From a virus, in IMG/VR virus record IMGVR_UViG_3300032053_000045, positions 1 to 64,000 of that record: a DNA stretch of 64,000 nucleotides; one strand, written 5' to 3'. The position numbers were made by a program, and so were the translations under genes. Below the pieces are notes generated by a model. That model saw nothing but the letters and a program-made list of their open reading frames with translations, was not told where the DNA came from and searched no databases. Shown one piece after another: positions 30,269 through 41,300 of this stretch. The first letter of the stretch is position 1, and every line of letters begins with the position of its first letter.

Positions 30269-30406
30269 ATGCTAAAAAACTGCGAGATAGAAATTGAAGA
30301 GATAACTGATCAGCCTCAAGTTAAAGATTCAATTTTAGCTAATGGAAAAATATTGGCTGATGAGATAATTAGAGATGTATTAGAAAACAATCAGGAGACA
30401 AAATGA
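30269..30406 (+). CDS. small hypothetical protein (45 aa)
   Basis: Fills the gap exactly and overlaps the next start (ATGA). Confidence 0.4.
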   Translation: MLKNCEIEIEEITDQPQVKDSILANGKILADEIIRDVLENNQETK

Positions 30407-32151
30407 ATAAAAATCACATAATGTCTATTATAAAAGCTACCCGCAGTAAACCCAAAGGGCATAAAGCCTATCAGCGAATGACTCCTACAGGAAAAGTTGT
30501 TCAGGTTAAAGAGAAGCCTTACGCTAAAGAAAACAATGTTAAAACTTTGCGGAATGAAATTCGACAATTGACCAAAGAGCATGATTATCTAGGAGCACAA
30601 TCAGAAAAACTTGATAAAATACTTGACAAATATACAAAATATTTGGGTTCAAGTAATAAGACTGGCCGTAAAAAATTCTATCATTATAGAAATATTATGG
30701 GTAAAATTGATAACAAATATTATAATATAGAAGAAAAGCTTAATCAATTAAAAGAACAGTATAGAGTAGCAACTGATCCTGCTGCTAGGTTTGAAGGATC
30801 TGATTCTGATTCTCTTGAGATCTTAAGGCAGAAAAAAGACACAGCTGAGCAAGAAAGAGACGTTATTCGGTTGAGTCCTATGTTTCAAGAATTAGAAAGG
30901 CTGAGTAGCAAACGGAATAATCTAAGAGAAAAAGCTGATATAGCTTCTTGGAAAAATCGTGATAAATGGCTGGCTTTGGCAGATAAAGCTGATGAAGAAT
31001 ATTATGCATACGAAAAAAAGTTTGATATGACCAGTACTGGCAAATTGTATAAAAAGCTGTATTGGAACATTGATCAAAGAAAAGGTATTTTGAATCAACT
31101 AAATTATTTAATAGAAAGTAAAGAGAAAACAATTAAAAATAAAAAATGGTTAAAAAGAACATTGCAAAGATCACCATTTACTATTGACGAATGGAAAAAA
31201 ATAGGTGATGCAGCTTCTAGAACTTGGCATCATGGCGGAGATCAATTCGCTTCTGACGCCATCGCTTTAGTTAGAGAAGGAGAATATAGAGGAGACGATA
31301 CAGATGTTTATACTGAGCTTATTTTAGATGGCGACGCAATATACACTTTAGGTAAGCTAGATCCTAAAATATACAAAAAGATTACTCCAAAAACATATAA
31401 TAAAGCGAGAGAAATCGTAGCTACTCTTCTTTTTAGTAAAGGACGATATCGAACTGCTCTTGAAGAATTAAAAAATGAAATGTCAGACAATCAATATGAA
31501 AAATCAGATGAGAGAATTTTGAATCTCATCAAATCAACAAGAACAATGGGAAGACATATGAGAATTAGATCAGGAAAACCATATTCTGCTGGTCAAGGAA
31601 TTACTAAACAACCAAGAGGAAGCAAAGAGGCTCCAACAATGACGGAGCAAGATCCATTTGAAGATCTTCGGCCAACAGAGAAAGAGGTAGGAGAACATTA
31701 TCGCCAATATGGAGATATACCTCTCAATGAATTTGAAAAAGCCAAAAATGAACCTACTTTAAAAGAATTAAAAAAACAATATGAAGATTTATTAGAACAA
31801 GCTAAAAGACAAACTACTCAAGATAATGTTCCTTATTTTGATAAAGAATTAAGTAGATTATCAAAACAAATTAAAGAAAAAGAAAGTTCTGGATTTCGCA
31901 AGAAACCAGTTCGTCATGAAAGACATTTGAAAACAGGAAAAATTATAGAAGCAGGATCAGGAGAAAAGAGAAAATCTAAAATTAAACAGCTATATAAAAT
32001 TGTTCTTAATCGATTTGGGGCTATGTGTGATGAGCAAGGAACTGGAGATCAAGTAGAGAATTTCTTAGTCAAAAGAGGAATTAATCCTTATAAGGCAAAT
32101 GATTTAGCAGCAAAATTTATGGATAAAATGCTGGAAGGAAAAACAAGGTAG
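30403..32151 (+). CDS. coiled-coil putative head-packaged protein with three basic repeat motifs
   Basis: GHKAYQRMTPTGK, RHMRIRSGKPYSAG, RHERHLKTGKIIEAG. Confidence 0.6.
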   Translation: MNKNHIMSIIKATRSKPKGHKAYQRMTPTGKVVQVKEKPYAKENNVKTLRNEIRQLTKEHDYLGAQSEKLDKILDKYTKYLGSSNKTGRKKFYHYRNIMGKIDNKYYNIEEKLNQLKEQYRVATDPAARFEGSDSDSLEILRQKKDTAEQERDVIRLSPMFQELERLSSKRNNLREKADIASWKNRDKWLALADKADEEYYAYEKKFDMTSTGKLYKKLYWNIDQRKGILNQLNYLIESKEKTIKNKKWLKRTLQRSPFTIDEWKKIGDAASRTWHHGGDQFASDAIALVREGEYRGDDTDVYTELILDGDAIYTLGKLDPKIYKKITPKTYNKAREIVATLLFSKGRYRTALEELKNEMSDNQYEKSDERILNLIKSTRTMGRHMRIRSGKPYSAGQGITKQPRGSKEAPTMTEQDPFEDLRPTEKEVGEHYRQYGDIPLNEFEKAKNEPTLKELKKQYEDLLEQAKRQTTQDNVPYFDKELSRLSKQIKEKESSGFRKKPVRHERHLKTGKIIEAGSGEKRKSKIKQLYKIVLNRFGAMCDEQGTGDQVENFLVKRGINPYKANDLAAKFMDKMLEGKTR

Positions 32152-32162
32152 GTGAAAAAATA

Positions 32163-32600
32163 ATGCAAATACATACATTCGACGAGGGGGGTTACTGCAA
32201 ACAAGAAGGTATTTTCGAGAAATCTCAGGAAATTAATAAAACTATGAATACTCTTGGTGGTGATGGAGAGTGGCAAAGTGTTTATGGGGTTAAGCTTTTC
32301 GTTGGTCCTGATGGAGTTATACTAAGGGGACCAGATCAGTTTATTGGAAGAAAATTCGATGATGTTAAAAATTTAAACTATAATGATATTTTTACAGTTG
32401 AAAGAAGCGTTGCTCGGGCTATGATGACGACAAACAAATCGCTGAACCCAGACGACCCTGAAAATAAAGAAGAAAATAAAAAAATTATGGAAGAAACGAA
32501 AGATTTTATCGACAAAACAATTGCAATTAGAAAAGCAGAAAAGTCCAACGCTCTCGTGGGACACGATCCCTTGTACACAGTTGACAGGTCCAAGATTTAA
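32163..32600 (+). CDS. hypothetical protein
   Basis: WQSVYGVKLFVGPDGVILRGP motif; several KS/KA linkers. Confidence 0.55.
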   Translation: MQIHTFDEGGYCKQEGIFEKSQEINKTMNTLGGDGEWQSVYGVKLFVGPDGVILRGPDQFIGRKFDDVKNLNYNDIFTVERSVARAMMTTNKSLNPDDPENKEENKKIMEETKDFIDKTIAIRKAEKSNALVGHDPLYTVDRSKI

Positions 32601-32615
32601 AAAGAGGTGAAGTAA

Positions 32616-33125
32616 ATGGGAAGATATCAATGCTTCATGTGCGGGACGATAGAGGAGAGGAATGATGATGAAACAGAAAAGATTGACGATAGACCAAATG
32701 ATGTATCTGGTGAAGTGGATGATGGACAAACAGAAGAAGTTAGAGAAATTAAATGTAAGCAGTGTGGAGAATCAAAGTGGATTAGACTCGGAGAAGAGAA
32801 AAAACCAATAGAAGTAGATGACAATATTCTGACTAAAATATCCTTTTTTCTGTCTGATATTTTTAGTCATGTAAATAATTTTCTTGAAGTAATATGGAAT
32901 AAAATAACTGATATTGTTAGTCTTATAGTTATTTATTTTATTGTTTTATGGCGGTCGACAACATCTCAAAGACAGAAAATCATCAACAAGATAACCGCTT
33001 TCACAGGTTGTGTTTTAGGGGTATATTTGATTGATTATTTTTTTAAATGTGGTTTTGACAAAGCGGCCATTTTAATCGTTCTGTTATACATTATTTTCAA
33101 AATTAATAAATTCGGGGAGCAATAA
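32616..33125 (+). CDS. zinc-ribbon membrane protein
   Basis: CFMCG..CKQCG followed by hydrophobic helices. Confidence 0.55.
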   Translation: MGRYQCFMCGTIEERNDDETEKIDDRPNDVSGEVDDGQTEEVREIKCKQCGESKWIRLGEEKKPIEVDDNILTKISFFLSDIFSHVNNFLEVIWNKITDIVSLIVIYFIVLWRSTTSQRQKIINKITAFTGCVLGVYLIDYFFKCGFDKAAILIVLLYIIFKINKFGEQ

Positions 33126-33128
33126 AAC

Positions 33129-34646
33129 ATGGTTCTTAATTCTTTTACTAGCAAGGTGTCACAAGGGCTTGAAAAGGCATTTAAAAATCAATATGGCATG
33201 AGAGACGTTTCTGACGGCAATGGAATGATTTTAGAAAAATCAATGAAAGCCTGGGTGCCTGGTTATCGATCTTATGATAAATACGGTCAAGAGAAAACTG
33301 GTACTGATTTTCATCTTACTCCAGAGACATTGCGAAGAATGTATCAATATAATTGTGTTGTTAGAATGGCGGTTGACGCAATTATTAACGAGGTCACATC
33401 AGCAAAATGGGATATCATGCCTAAAGAGAAAGATGACAATATTGAAAAGGATAAGGTTAAGCAAGAAGATCAGAAAAAAAGGATCAAAGAAGTAAAAGGT
33501 TTCTTTGAGAAGCCTAATAAAAATAAAGAAAATTTCAGAACAATTTTAGAAAAAATGATGAGGGATTTATTATTATTGGATGCTGGAGTAATAGTTAAAT
33601 CTCATACTCCACAAGGAAGAATAGCAGAAATATATGCAGCAGATGGTGGGACTATAAAAATAGATGCTGACAGACATGGAATGATAAATTGCTTTTGGCA
33701 GGTTATTCAACAAGAAGGACTGAAACCATTAAAATTAGAGTCTAATGAAGTAATTTATCTGATGATGAATCCAAGCACAAATAGTTTATATGGATTATCT
33801 CCATTGGAAACTCTACATAACATTGTTACAGCTTTTCTTTACGGGGAAACATATAACCTGAAGTATTTCGAGAATAGTTCTACTCCAAGAGGAATTCTTG
33901 ATCTCGGTCCTGCAATTACTGAGGATCAGTTAGACAGATTTAGAACTTACTGGCAGTCGGAAACTATTCAACAACCTCATCGAACATTTGTTGTAGGTGG
34001 AGCGTCTGCAGGCTCAAAGTGGACCGCAATTGCAATGACCCCCAAAGATATGGAGTTTAACAACTATATGAATTGGTTATTGAAAGTTATTCTTGCAGTT
34101 TTTGGAGTTAGCCCTTCAGAAGCAGGATGGACAGAAGATTTGAGAGGGGCTCCCGCAACAGGACAATTACTTCAATCTCAGGCTTTTAAGAATAAATCTA
34201 TTTATCCTATGATGGACAAAATTTCATATTATTTAACAAGAGATATTATTTGGGATGAATTTGGTTATGACGATTTAAAATTCGAATTCATCGAGGAAAT
34301 CAGTCTCCAAGAAAAAATGTTAAAAGGACAATACGACAACATGAGAGTAATGTCAGGGATTATGTCAGTTGACGAAATTAGAAAGGAATCAGGTCTTAGT
34401 CCAAAGCCAAAGGAAGAAGAAGGAATGGGAGGTATGTTTGGTGGAGGAGAAGAAGAGGAAGAGGACTTTGAAGCTTCACCAGAGAAACCAAATGATCCAA
34501 ATCAAACACTTGATTTAGTTAAAAAAGAATTAAATAAAAATTCAACAAACACTCAAAAAATGATTGCGAAAGCTTTTAATAAACTTCGTTTTGAGGTACT
34601 ACGAGGTCTGGTGCATAGCCAGTTTTTGAATGAGAACAAACAGTAG
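33129..34646 (+). CDS. portal protein (HK97-like)
   Basis: YGLSPLE, YFEN.STPRGIL, KDMEF, AVFGVSP.E.G, SVDEIRKESGLSP; upstream of the protease. Confidence 0.92.
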   Translation: MVLNSFTSKVSQGLEKAFKNQYGMRDVSDGNGMILEKSMKAWVPGYRSYDKYGQEKTGTDFHLTPETLRRMYQYNCVVRMAVDAIINEVTSAKWDIMPKEKDDNIEKDKVKQEDQKKRIKEVKGFFEKPNKNKENFRTILEKMMRDLLLLDAGVIVKSHTPQGRIAEIYAADGGTIKIDADRHGMINCFWQVIQQEGLKPLKLESNEVIYLMMNPSTNSLYGLSPLETLHNIVTAFLYGETYNLKYFENSSTPRGILDLGPAITEDQLDRFRTYWQSETIQQPHRTFVVGGASAGSKWTAIAMTPKDMEFNNYMNWLLKVILAVFGVSPSEAGWTEDLRGAPATGQLLQSQAFKNKSIYPMMDKISYYLTRDIIWDEFGYDDLKFEFIEEISLQEKMLKGQYDNMRVMSGIMSVDEIRKESGLSPKPKEEEGMGGMFGGGEEEEEDFEASPEKPNDPNQTLDLVKKELNKNSTNTQKMIAKAFNKLRFEVLRGLVHSQFLNENKQ

Positions 34647-34989
34647 ATACCTGAAACCCGATTTCGGATATGGTGATAGTGTTTTCTTTAAAACATCAGA
34701 AAATGTAGCTATTGGTCTTGGGGAATTTGAGGGAGTTGTTACAACCCCGGAAGAAATAGAGGCATGGATTTTTAATGAGTTTACCAAAGAGGCTTCACAA
34801 TTAGGAACCAAAGCTATTAATTTTAGAGTAAAATCAAGATTAAAACTTCTTAATCGGCTGAAGAGAAATGTTTCTACTCAAATTGATATTTTGGAATCAG
34901 AAAATTTTATTATCGACAAAAACTATGACAAAAAACATGACAAATTTAAAACAACAAATTATTCGCATAAAAAAAGCTCTAAACACTGA
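34630..34989 (+). CDS. hypothetical protein
   Basis: Overlaps the portal end. Confidence 0.45.
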   Translation: MRTNSRYLKPDFGYGDSVFFKTSENVAIGLGEFEGVVTTPEEIEAWIFNEFTKEASQLGTKAINFRVKSRLKLLNRLKRNVSTQIDILESENFIIDKNYDKKHDKFKTTNYSHKKSSKH

Positions 34990-35860
34990 CGTTATTGATA
35001 TCCGGAATGATATCAGAAATAAATACAATATTTTTATTGATATTGATAACGCCGAGTGGTTGAAAGAAACTGCAGATATTCTTACAAATTCAGATATACC
35101 CGATAGTCATATAAAAAACAATCCATCATTAAAAGTAATTAATACGGATCCCGCAAAAGACTTTTACAGTAAGTGTAACCGAGAAACTGGTGTAATAACT
35201 TTGAGCACCCAATTGTTCGATCCAGAATTCAGAAAAAAACAACCATTCCACAGAATTAAAGGAGTCCCCACCTTAAAAGAATTACTTATCCATGAAATTG
35301 GTCATGCAGTTGGTAATGCTCATAATGAGAAACTAAATAAAGATTTTGAAAAAACATTCGGCTGGGCAGTAGCAAATGGAAATAAAAACATTATCGATGA
35401 ATGTAAAAAAAATGGTTATGTCAGTTCATTAGATTCATTTCTTAATGTTCCAATCGAACAATTAACAACTATAGACGATAAGGAAAGAAAAAGAATCGCC
35501 GATAAAATTAAATTAGACGGTATTTATCAAAAACCAGATAAGCAGATTAAGATGTCCTGGTATGGGATTACCGGACCTAAAGAAGACATGGCCGAAAGCT
35601 ACGCAAATTATATCTTGGCTTCAGATAATTTAAAAAGAGTAGAGCCAGAAAGATATCAGTATATGAAAAAAAATGTCTTTGATAATAAAGAATACAGCGC
35701 ACTACAAAAATCTATTCAGAATATGAAAAAAATATTGGCTCCATATTCTAATTTAGAAAGTCCATATGGAGATATTCCGGGATCAAAACAAGAACTGGCT
35801 ACTAAAAAAGTAATCGCTAATAAAATAAACAGAGTCAAGAAAAAACTAAGGGGGAAGTGA
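34868..35860 (+). CDS. zincin-like metallopeptidase (lethal-factor/MPTase-like); true start probably 34925/34937
   Basis: LIHEIGHAV, S.YG.T.PKEDMAES, L.RVEPERYQYMK. Confidence 0.7.
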   Translation: MFLLKLIFWNQKILLSTKTMTKNMTNLKQQIIRIKKALNTDVIDIRNDIRNKYNIFIDIDNAEWLKETADILTNSDIPDSHIKNNPSLKVINTDPAKDFYSKCNRETGVITLSTQLFDPEFRKKQPFHRIKGVPTLKELLIHEIGHAVGNAHNEKLNKDFEKTFGWAVANGNKNIIDECKKNGYVSSLDSFLNVPIEQLTTIDDKERKRIADKIKLDGIYQKPDKQIKMSWYGITGPKEDMAESYANYILASDNLKRVEPERYQYMKKNVFDNKEYSALQKSIQNMKKILAPYSNLESPYGDIPGSKQELATKKVIANKINRVKKKLRGK

Positions 35861-36270
35861 TGCAAAGAACTGAAGAGTTAAATTTATTTTTAAGATCGAT
35901 TTCAAAATCAGATGTTAGGACGAGACAAAGAAGAGTTAATCGATTTGAAAAAGGGACATTAAAAATGATTGTATTAAGCATTGATGGCGGAATCTTGGCC
36001 GTGACTGGCAGACTAAGGAATGAGCCGGATAGAAAAATTCAAACATTGATATTTAATAAATCGATTAATCCTTATGGAATAAAATCTTGGTCTTTAAGAA
36101 AAGCAAAAGATTGGGTGCATTTGTACAAAAAATCCATAATAAAATCTATTAACCCAGAAAAAATTTCAAATAGAATAATTATTATGAAAGCAATTAAGGC
36201 AGCTGAACATCAAATGATAAACAAATTACCGAAAATTATAAATAAGGTATTACAAGGAGATGAGCAATGA
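35857..36270 (+). CDS. hypothetical head-region protein
   Basis: IQTLIFNK..WS..KAKDWV..H motif; lies between portal and protease. Confidence 0.55.
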   Translation: MMQRTEELNLFLRSISKSDVRTRQRRVNRFEKGTLKMIVLSIDGGILAVTGRLRNEPDRKIQTLIFNKSINPYGIKSWSLRKAKDWVHLYKKSIIKSINPEKISNRIIIMKAIKAAEHQMINKLPKIINKVLQGDEQ

Positions 36271-38039
36271 GTAAATTATTGGGAGGGAATTTTTCTCTTG
36301 ATATTTCCAAGGCCGTGGAAGGTAAAATCAATCCGGCAAAGAAAAAACGGATAATCGAGGGATACATGACAACTCCCGCTCTCGATCTAGAAAATGAAGT
36401 AACAGACAGCAAGGCGTATCCTGAAGCTGCCGAAGAATTGAACCAACATGTTCATGATGGATCTCCAATTCCTATTTTTATTGAGCATCGTAGGAAAGAA
36501 ATTTCTTTACCTGTTGGGAGAATTATTTCTGCTGAAGCAAAGCCTAATGGGATATGGTTTAAGGGAGAGATCGCAGAAGGTAAAATAGCAGATCCTGTTT
36601 GGGAGCTGATTGAGCAAGGGATGTTAAACGGATGCTCAATGGGTGGAGATGCCTTAGAAACAGTTCCTGATTTTGATCCTGAGAAAAACAAAGAATTCAA
36701 AAGAATAAAAAAGATGACTATTAGAGAATTATCATTGACAGGGCTACCTGTTAATCCTCAAGCAGTTTTCTCTATGGCAAAATCTTTAAATATCGAAGAA
36801 AGGAAGGTGAGATCAAAATTGGAAAAATTAGAAAAAGCAATAGAAACAGAATATGATATTAGTACTATAGAGAAAGCTGTTAATGATGGAAAAATTGATG
36901 AAGAGAGTATGAAGAGAATAAAATCAGCTCTCGATGGATTAGAACAACTTATTGGAATAAAAACTGATGAAACTCCAACGAAAGAAGAGGCTCCCAAAGA
37001 AACAGAAGTAGCAGAAAAACCCACTGAAGATAAAGGTAAGTTAGATCAAATTTTAGAGAAAATAAATATGCTTGTTGAAAATAAGGAAAAACCTGCAGAA
37101 AAACCCGAAGAAACTATAGAAGAACCAAAAACTACAGAAGCCCCCAAAGAAGAAAAAGAAGAAGGAGGTGAAATGAATATGGCAAAAATGAAAGATATTG
37201 ATGAAAAAGAAGAAGATAAAAAAGAAGCAGAAACACTGAAATGTAAATCTTGTTCGATGGTCTTCGAAAAAAGTGAAGATGAAGATTACGAGGTTAAATT
37301 CTGTCCTAAATGTGGTAAACCATTCGGCGACGAAGAAGTTGAAGGCGAAGTTGATGCTGAAGATAGTGAAGATGGAGAGGAAATCGTTGACGAGGAATCA
37401 GTTGACGAAGAGCCGATGGATGAAGAGGAAGACATTGACGATGAAGAATTAGATCTCGATGAAGAAGGCGAAGATGACGAGGATGAATTCGAAGATGACG
37501 AGGAAGATGATGTTGAAATGGTAAAGTTTGTTGATGATGAGGATGAAGATGACGAGTTTGAGGAAGATGAGGAAGATGAGGATGATGAGTCCTTTGAAAA
37601 GAATTTAGAAATTCTTCAGTCAAAACCGTCAAAAGATTCCGGTCAGTCAATTTCAACATTCAAGGGAGATTATATCAAGCCATCAACTGGTAAACGGACT
37701 AATCCTGCTGACACCACAGAGCACGAACATCCGAAGCCATTCAAGCCGTTAGAGACTGGAGTTTCAGGTGAACAGTTTGCTAACTATGGTAAGGATCGTA
37801 CAGAGAAATCTATGAGTTCGTCCAGAATTAAGAGGATGGTTGAGAAAGCTGTTAAGGATTCCGTAGAAGAGACAATTAAATCTTCTATTGAAAAAGCAAT
37901 TGACGCTTCTAATGTTGAAAGAAAAGTTCTTGGTCCGATTGAGAAATCTCAAAATGCGACTCCTGATACTATCAGTGATGACAGAGTTTTCGCTCGTGCC
38001 CTTTCCCAAGGTCTGTCTGATCCGATCCCGATGGAGTAG
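36267..38039 (+). CDS. prohead protease (HK97-type) fused to acidic scaffold-like domain
   Basis: IEGYMT..DLENE, IFIEH..PVG, GCSMGG, ELSLTGLPVNP; C-terminal zinc ribbon and D/E tract. Confidence 0.88.
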   Translation: MSKLLGGNFSLDISKAVEGKINPAKKKRIIEGYMTTPALDLENEVTDSKAYPEAAEELNQHVHDGSPIPIFIEHRRKEISLPVGRIISAEAKPNGIWFKGEIAEGKIADPVWELIEQGMLNGCSMGGDALETVPDFDPEKNKEFKRIKKMTIRELSLTGLPVNPQAVFSMAKSLNIEERKVRSKLEKLEKAIETEYDISTIEKAVNDGKIDEESMKRIKSALDGLEQLIGIKTDETPTKEEAPKETEVAEKPTEDKGKLDQILEKINMLVENKEKPAEKPEETIEEPKTTEAPKEEKEEGGEMNMAKMKDIDEKEEDKKEAETLKCKSCSMVFEKSEDEDYEVKFCPKCGKPFGDEEVEGEVDAEDSEDGEEIVDEESVDEEPMDEEEDIDDEELDLDEEGEDDEDEFEDDEEDDVEMVKFVDDEDEDDEFEEDEEDEDDESFEKNLEILQSKPSKDSGQSISTFKGDYIKPSTGKRTNPADTTEHEHPKPFKPLETGVSGEQFANYGKDRTEKSMSSSRIKRMVEKAVKDSVEETIKSSIEKAIDASNVERKVLGPIEKSQNATPDTISDDRVFARALSQGLSDPIPME

Positions 38040-38351
38040 AGAACCTGTTAGACTAAACATAAAATGTTTGTCGTTAACGCGACGCTTTTCTTAATTTAAA
38101 TCAACGTTGATTCATTTGATTCAAAAATGCGGCTTTTGTCGCGCGGTTGAAAAAGTCCTGAATGTTTGTGATGGTGATCGAAAGAAAACTATCATAAGTG
38201 TGTTATAGACACATCAACTTCAGGCAGAAAAAAGAATTTTATTGTGGTTAAAAAACCACGGCTTGAAGGGGGTGACTTCCTGTGCTGACCCCCGAAGATG
38301 TTAACAACATCAGCGATAATATCCTCAGGAAAAAAGGAGGATAGAAATAAA

Positions 38352-41300
38352 ATGCGTACATCATTCAATTTTGGGTGATGTTAAACTCTACTATATCGGA
38401 GGAAGGTTTAAAAGAAACTAATAAATCAATTCCGAGGAAAGACTGGAATACTCCAGAATCCGTAGAGACTATACGTAGAGCTTCCTGAAAAAGGAAGAAG
38501 ATATAGTCCAAACTGAAGATATAAATAAAACTTCAGAGGAATTCAGAAATGAAATTCCCGCCTTGAAAAAAGGTTAATAAGTAATAGAATGTGAAAAAGC
38601 TTAAATCTGTGTTTTGGAGCTTTTAAAATTTGGCTATATGCTGGGACCTCCAATACTGGACAATCAGCAGGAAAGACTCTTAAAAAAGAGAATCCTCAGA
38701 GACTATACGCCAAACATCTCGTACGCATTCCAGGAAAAAGATGATGATATAGTCCGTTCTATATGGTGACATATAGAGGCAAGTAGAAATATTTGCCCGC
38801 CTTGTAAAAGGTAATAAAAGTAACACGAAGTGAATACAGTTGCCGGAACGGGTGGAGATACCTTGATCCCGCGTTTGGCGGATTTTTAATTTGGTCCGCT
38901 TTAAATTGAGCTAAATCGGTGAACATCTTTTTCTAAAGACAATACCGAGGAAAGACTGGAATACTCCAGAATCCGTAACGACTATACGCTCAACATTGGA
39001 ATAAAATCCATAAAGATATAGTCTAAACTCCAACTATAGATAAAATTGGAGAGGAATTCAGAAATGAAATTCCCGCCTAAAAAACTTTAGGTTATTAAAG
39101 TAATAGAATGCAAATCATTCCGTTTTTAAAATAAGCGGAATTCAAATTGGGCTAATTCGGTAAAAACCTGAAAGAGAAAATTTTTCAGGCAATACCGAGC
39201 TAAATTCAAGAACAATCTTGATAAAAGTGTAGAGACTATAAACCCGATGCTAATTCCTTTAATTAGTAATGATATAGTCCAAACTGCAAATATAAAAATT
39301 AAATTGCAGAGATAAGAAGAAATTCTTATCCGCCTCTTAAACAAGAGGTTATAAAAGTAATAAAATGTTATCCGGCAGAAATCGTGTTTAAATATGCGAC
39401 TTTGAGTAGAGATGCTCATCGAAAATCTCGTAAATTGCTGGAAAATCTTAACAGTCTACTAAACTACAAAGTAATTTCTTTAAAATGAAATAAACTTGAA
39501 TGTTTAAAAATTAGTAGAATTAGACAATCAGCAGGGAAGCTCGAAAGAGAACCTTCAGAGACTAGAGACGAGACATCTGAAAAGATGATGATATAGTCCG
39601 AACTTCAAAGAGATTTGAAGAGTTCTGTTTTAAAAAAACAGAGAGTAACACAATTGATATGCGCCAATTCCTCCCAACATTCGTATTAACTTGCGACTTT
39701 GAGTAGAAATACTCATTGAAAAATTCCGTAAATTGCTGGAAACCCCGAGTATATTTTGGTACAGAAAAATTAAATATTCTGTAAAAATCCAAAATTGCGG
39801 ACAATCAGCAGCCAAGCTTCCTCTAAGGAAGAAGGTTCAGAGACTAAAGACGGAACTTCTGAAAAGAAGATGATATAGTCCGATCTTTATAGCGATATAA
39901 AGAGTTGATAGAGAGAAAATATTTTTCTATCAGAATAACAGAAATGAATGCCGACCCAAGTTTATAGATTTCCTAAGTTAAGTGCTGGTTGATTTTATTG
40001 CAGCCACTTCAAGAAGAAATTCTTGTCGAATAAGCAACTATATCGGGGGAACTCTTCAAGAGAATAAATCTGAAGACAATCCCGACGGAAGAGAATACCA
40101 GAAATGGTGGAAAAAACTCCCGCTAGAGACTACACGTTGCAACCTTGAATAAAGGTTATGATATAGTCCAAACTGCATAGTGATATGCAGAGGAATTCAG
40201 AAATGAAATTCCCGCCTAAAAAACTTTAGGTTATTAAGTAATAGATTGAGCAATGTTTATTATGTTGGTGAGGCGATTGCGGCTCCAGAATCGGCAATGA
40301 GTACCGGAACCGTGGAATTGACTGCGAAGAAATTAATGGTTGATTTTAATGCAGCCACTTTTGAGAGAAATCTCAATTGAAAAATCTTACTATATCGGTG
40401 AAACTCTCGAAAACTATGATATAATATAACTATGGGGCTAAGAAGAGCTTTATAACCTCTTCGAAGGTGCCTAAATCACCAAGCCCCTTCTTTACCTATT
40501 TAGGAGGTAATAAATGAATAAATTTAGAAAATGTTTGTATTGTGATAATTTAGTTAAAGTAAATAAACCTCATATTGCCAGAATTCTTTGTCAAGAATGT
40601 AAAGATAAGAAAAACATTCCTATTTTTAAAGATATTCAGGGGATAGAAAATGTTAATTATGTGATTTGCAAAATTTGCGGATATAAAAGTACGCAATTAT
40701 TTTGGCATATTAAAAAACATCACAAATTAACAGGTAAACAATATAGATCTTTATTCCCTGGAGAAAAATTAATGATTTCTTGGAATTTAGGATTAACATC
40801 TGAAACAGACATTAGAGTTAAGAAAAATGCTGAAAATTCTGGTAAGGTTAGAAAAGGAAAGAAAAATCAAAAATCCAGTGAAACTAAGAAGAAAAAATTT
40901 AAATTGGGTTTATTAAAAATTTGGAATAAAGGCTTAACAATAGAAGATCAAAGAGTTAAAAATTATACAAAAAATCGTGAAAAGACAATAAAAGAAAAAT
41001 TTGCTTCTGGTGAATTAGTTGTTTGGAATAAAGGACAGACAAAATATTCACACCCAAGTATAGCTAAGTCAATAATAACAAGACGAGAAACGATGGCAAA
41101 AATTTAGCTTTAGATCCTCATTATTATGATCTTGACTTTGGTGAACCAAGTAATTTAGATTTAGCTCTATATGCCGAGTTAGAAAAACATAACATAAAAT
41201 ATATTCCACAATATTATTTCGTTTGTTCTGAATTAGAAACAATAATAGATGCGTTTATAGAACCAAATATTTGTGTTTATGTAGATGGTACATATTGGCA

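Noticed and set aside
29030-33125. Terminase large subunit expected upstream of the portal
   Set aside because: No Walker A/B or RNase H-like terminase motifs were found, and there are no intron cores that could hide one; it is presumably outside the window.
39126-39815. Minus-strand ORFs over introns 4-6
   Set aside because: Antisense to ribozyme cores, with no RBS or protein motifs; their shared MSISTQSR text just reflects intron paralogy.
40434-40504. Leader motif as a twister or hammerhead ribozyme (UAA and AAGCCC resemble twister)
   Set aside because: Stem order and pseudoknot partners do not fit twister, and there is no CUGAUGA/GAAA core; an Rfam search is still advisable.
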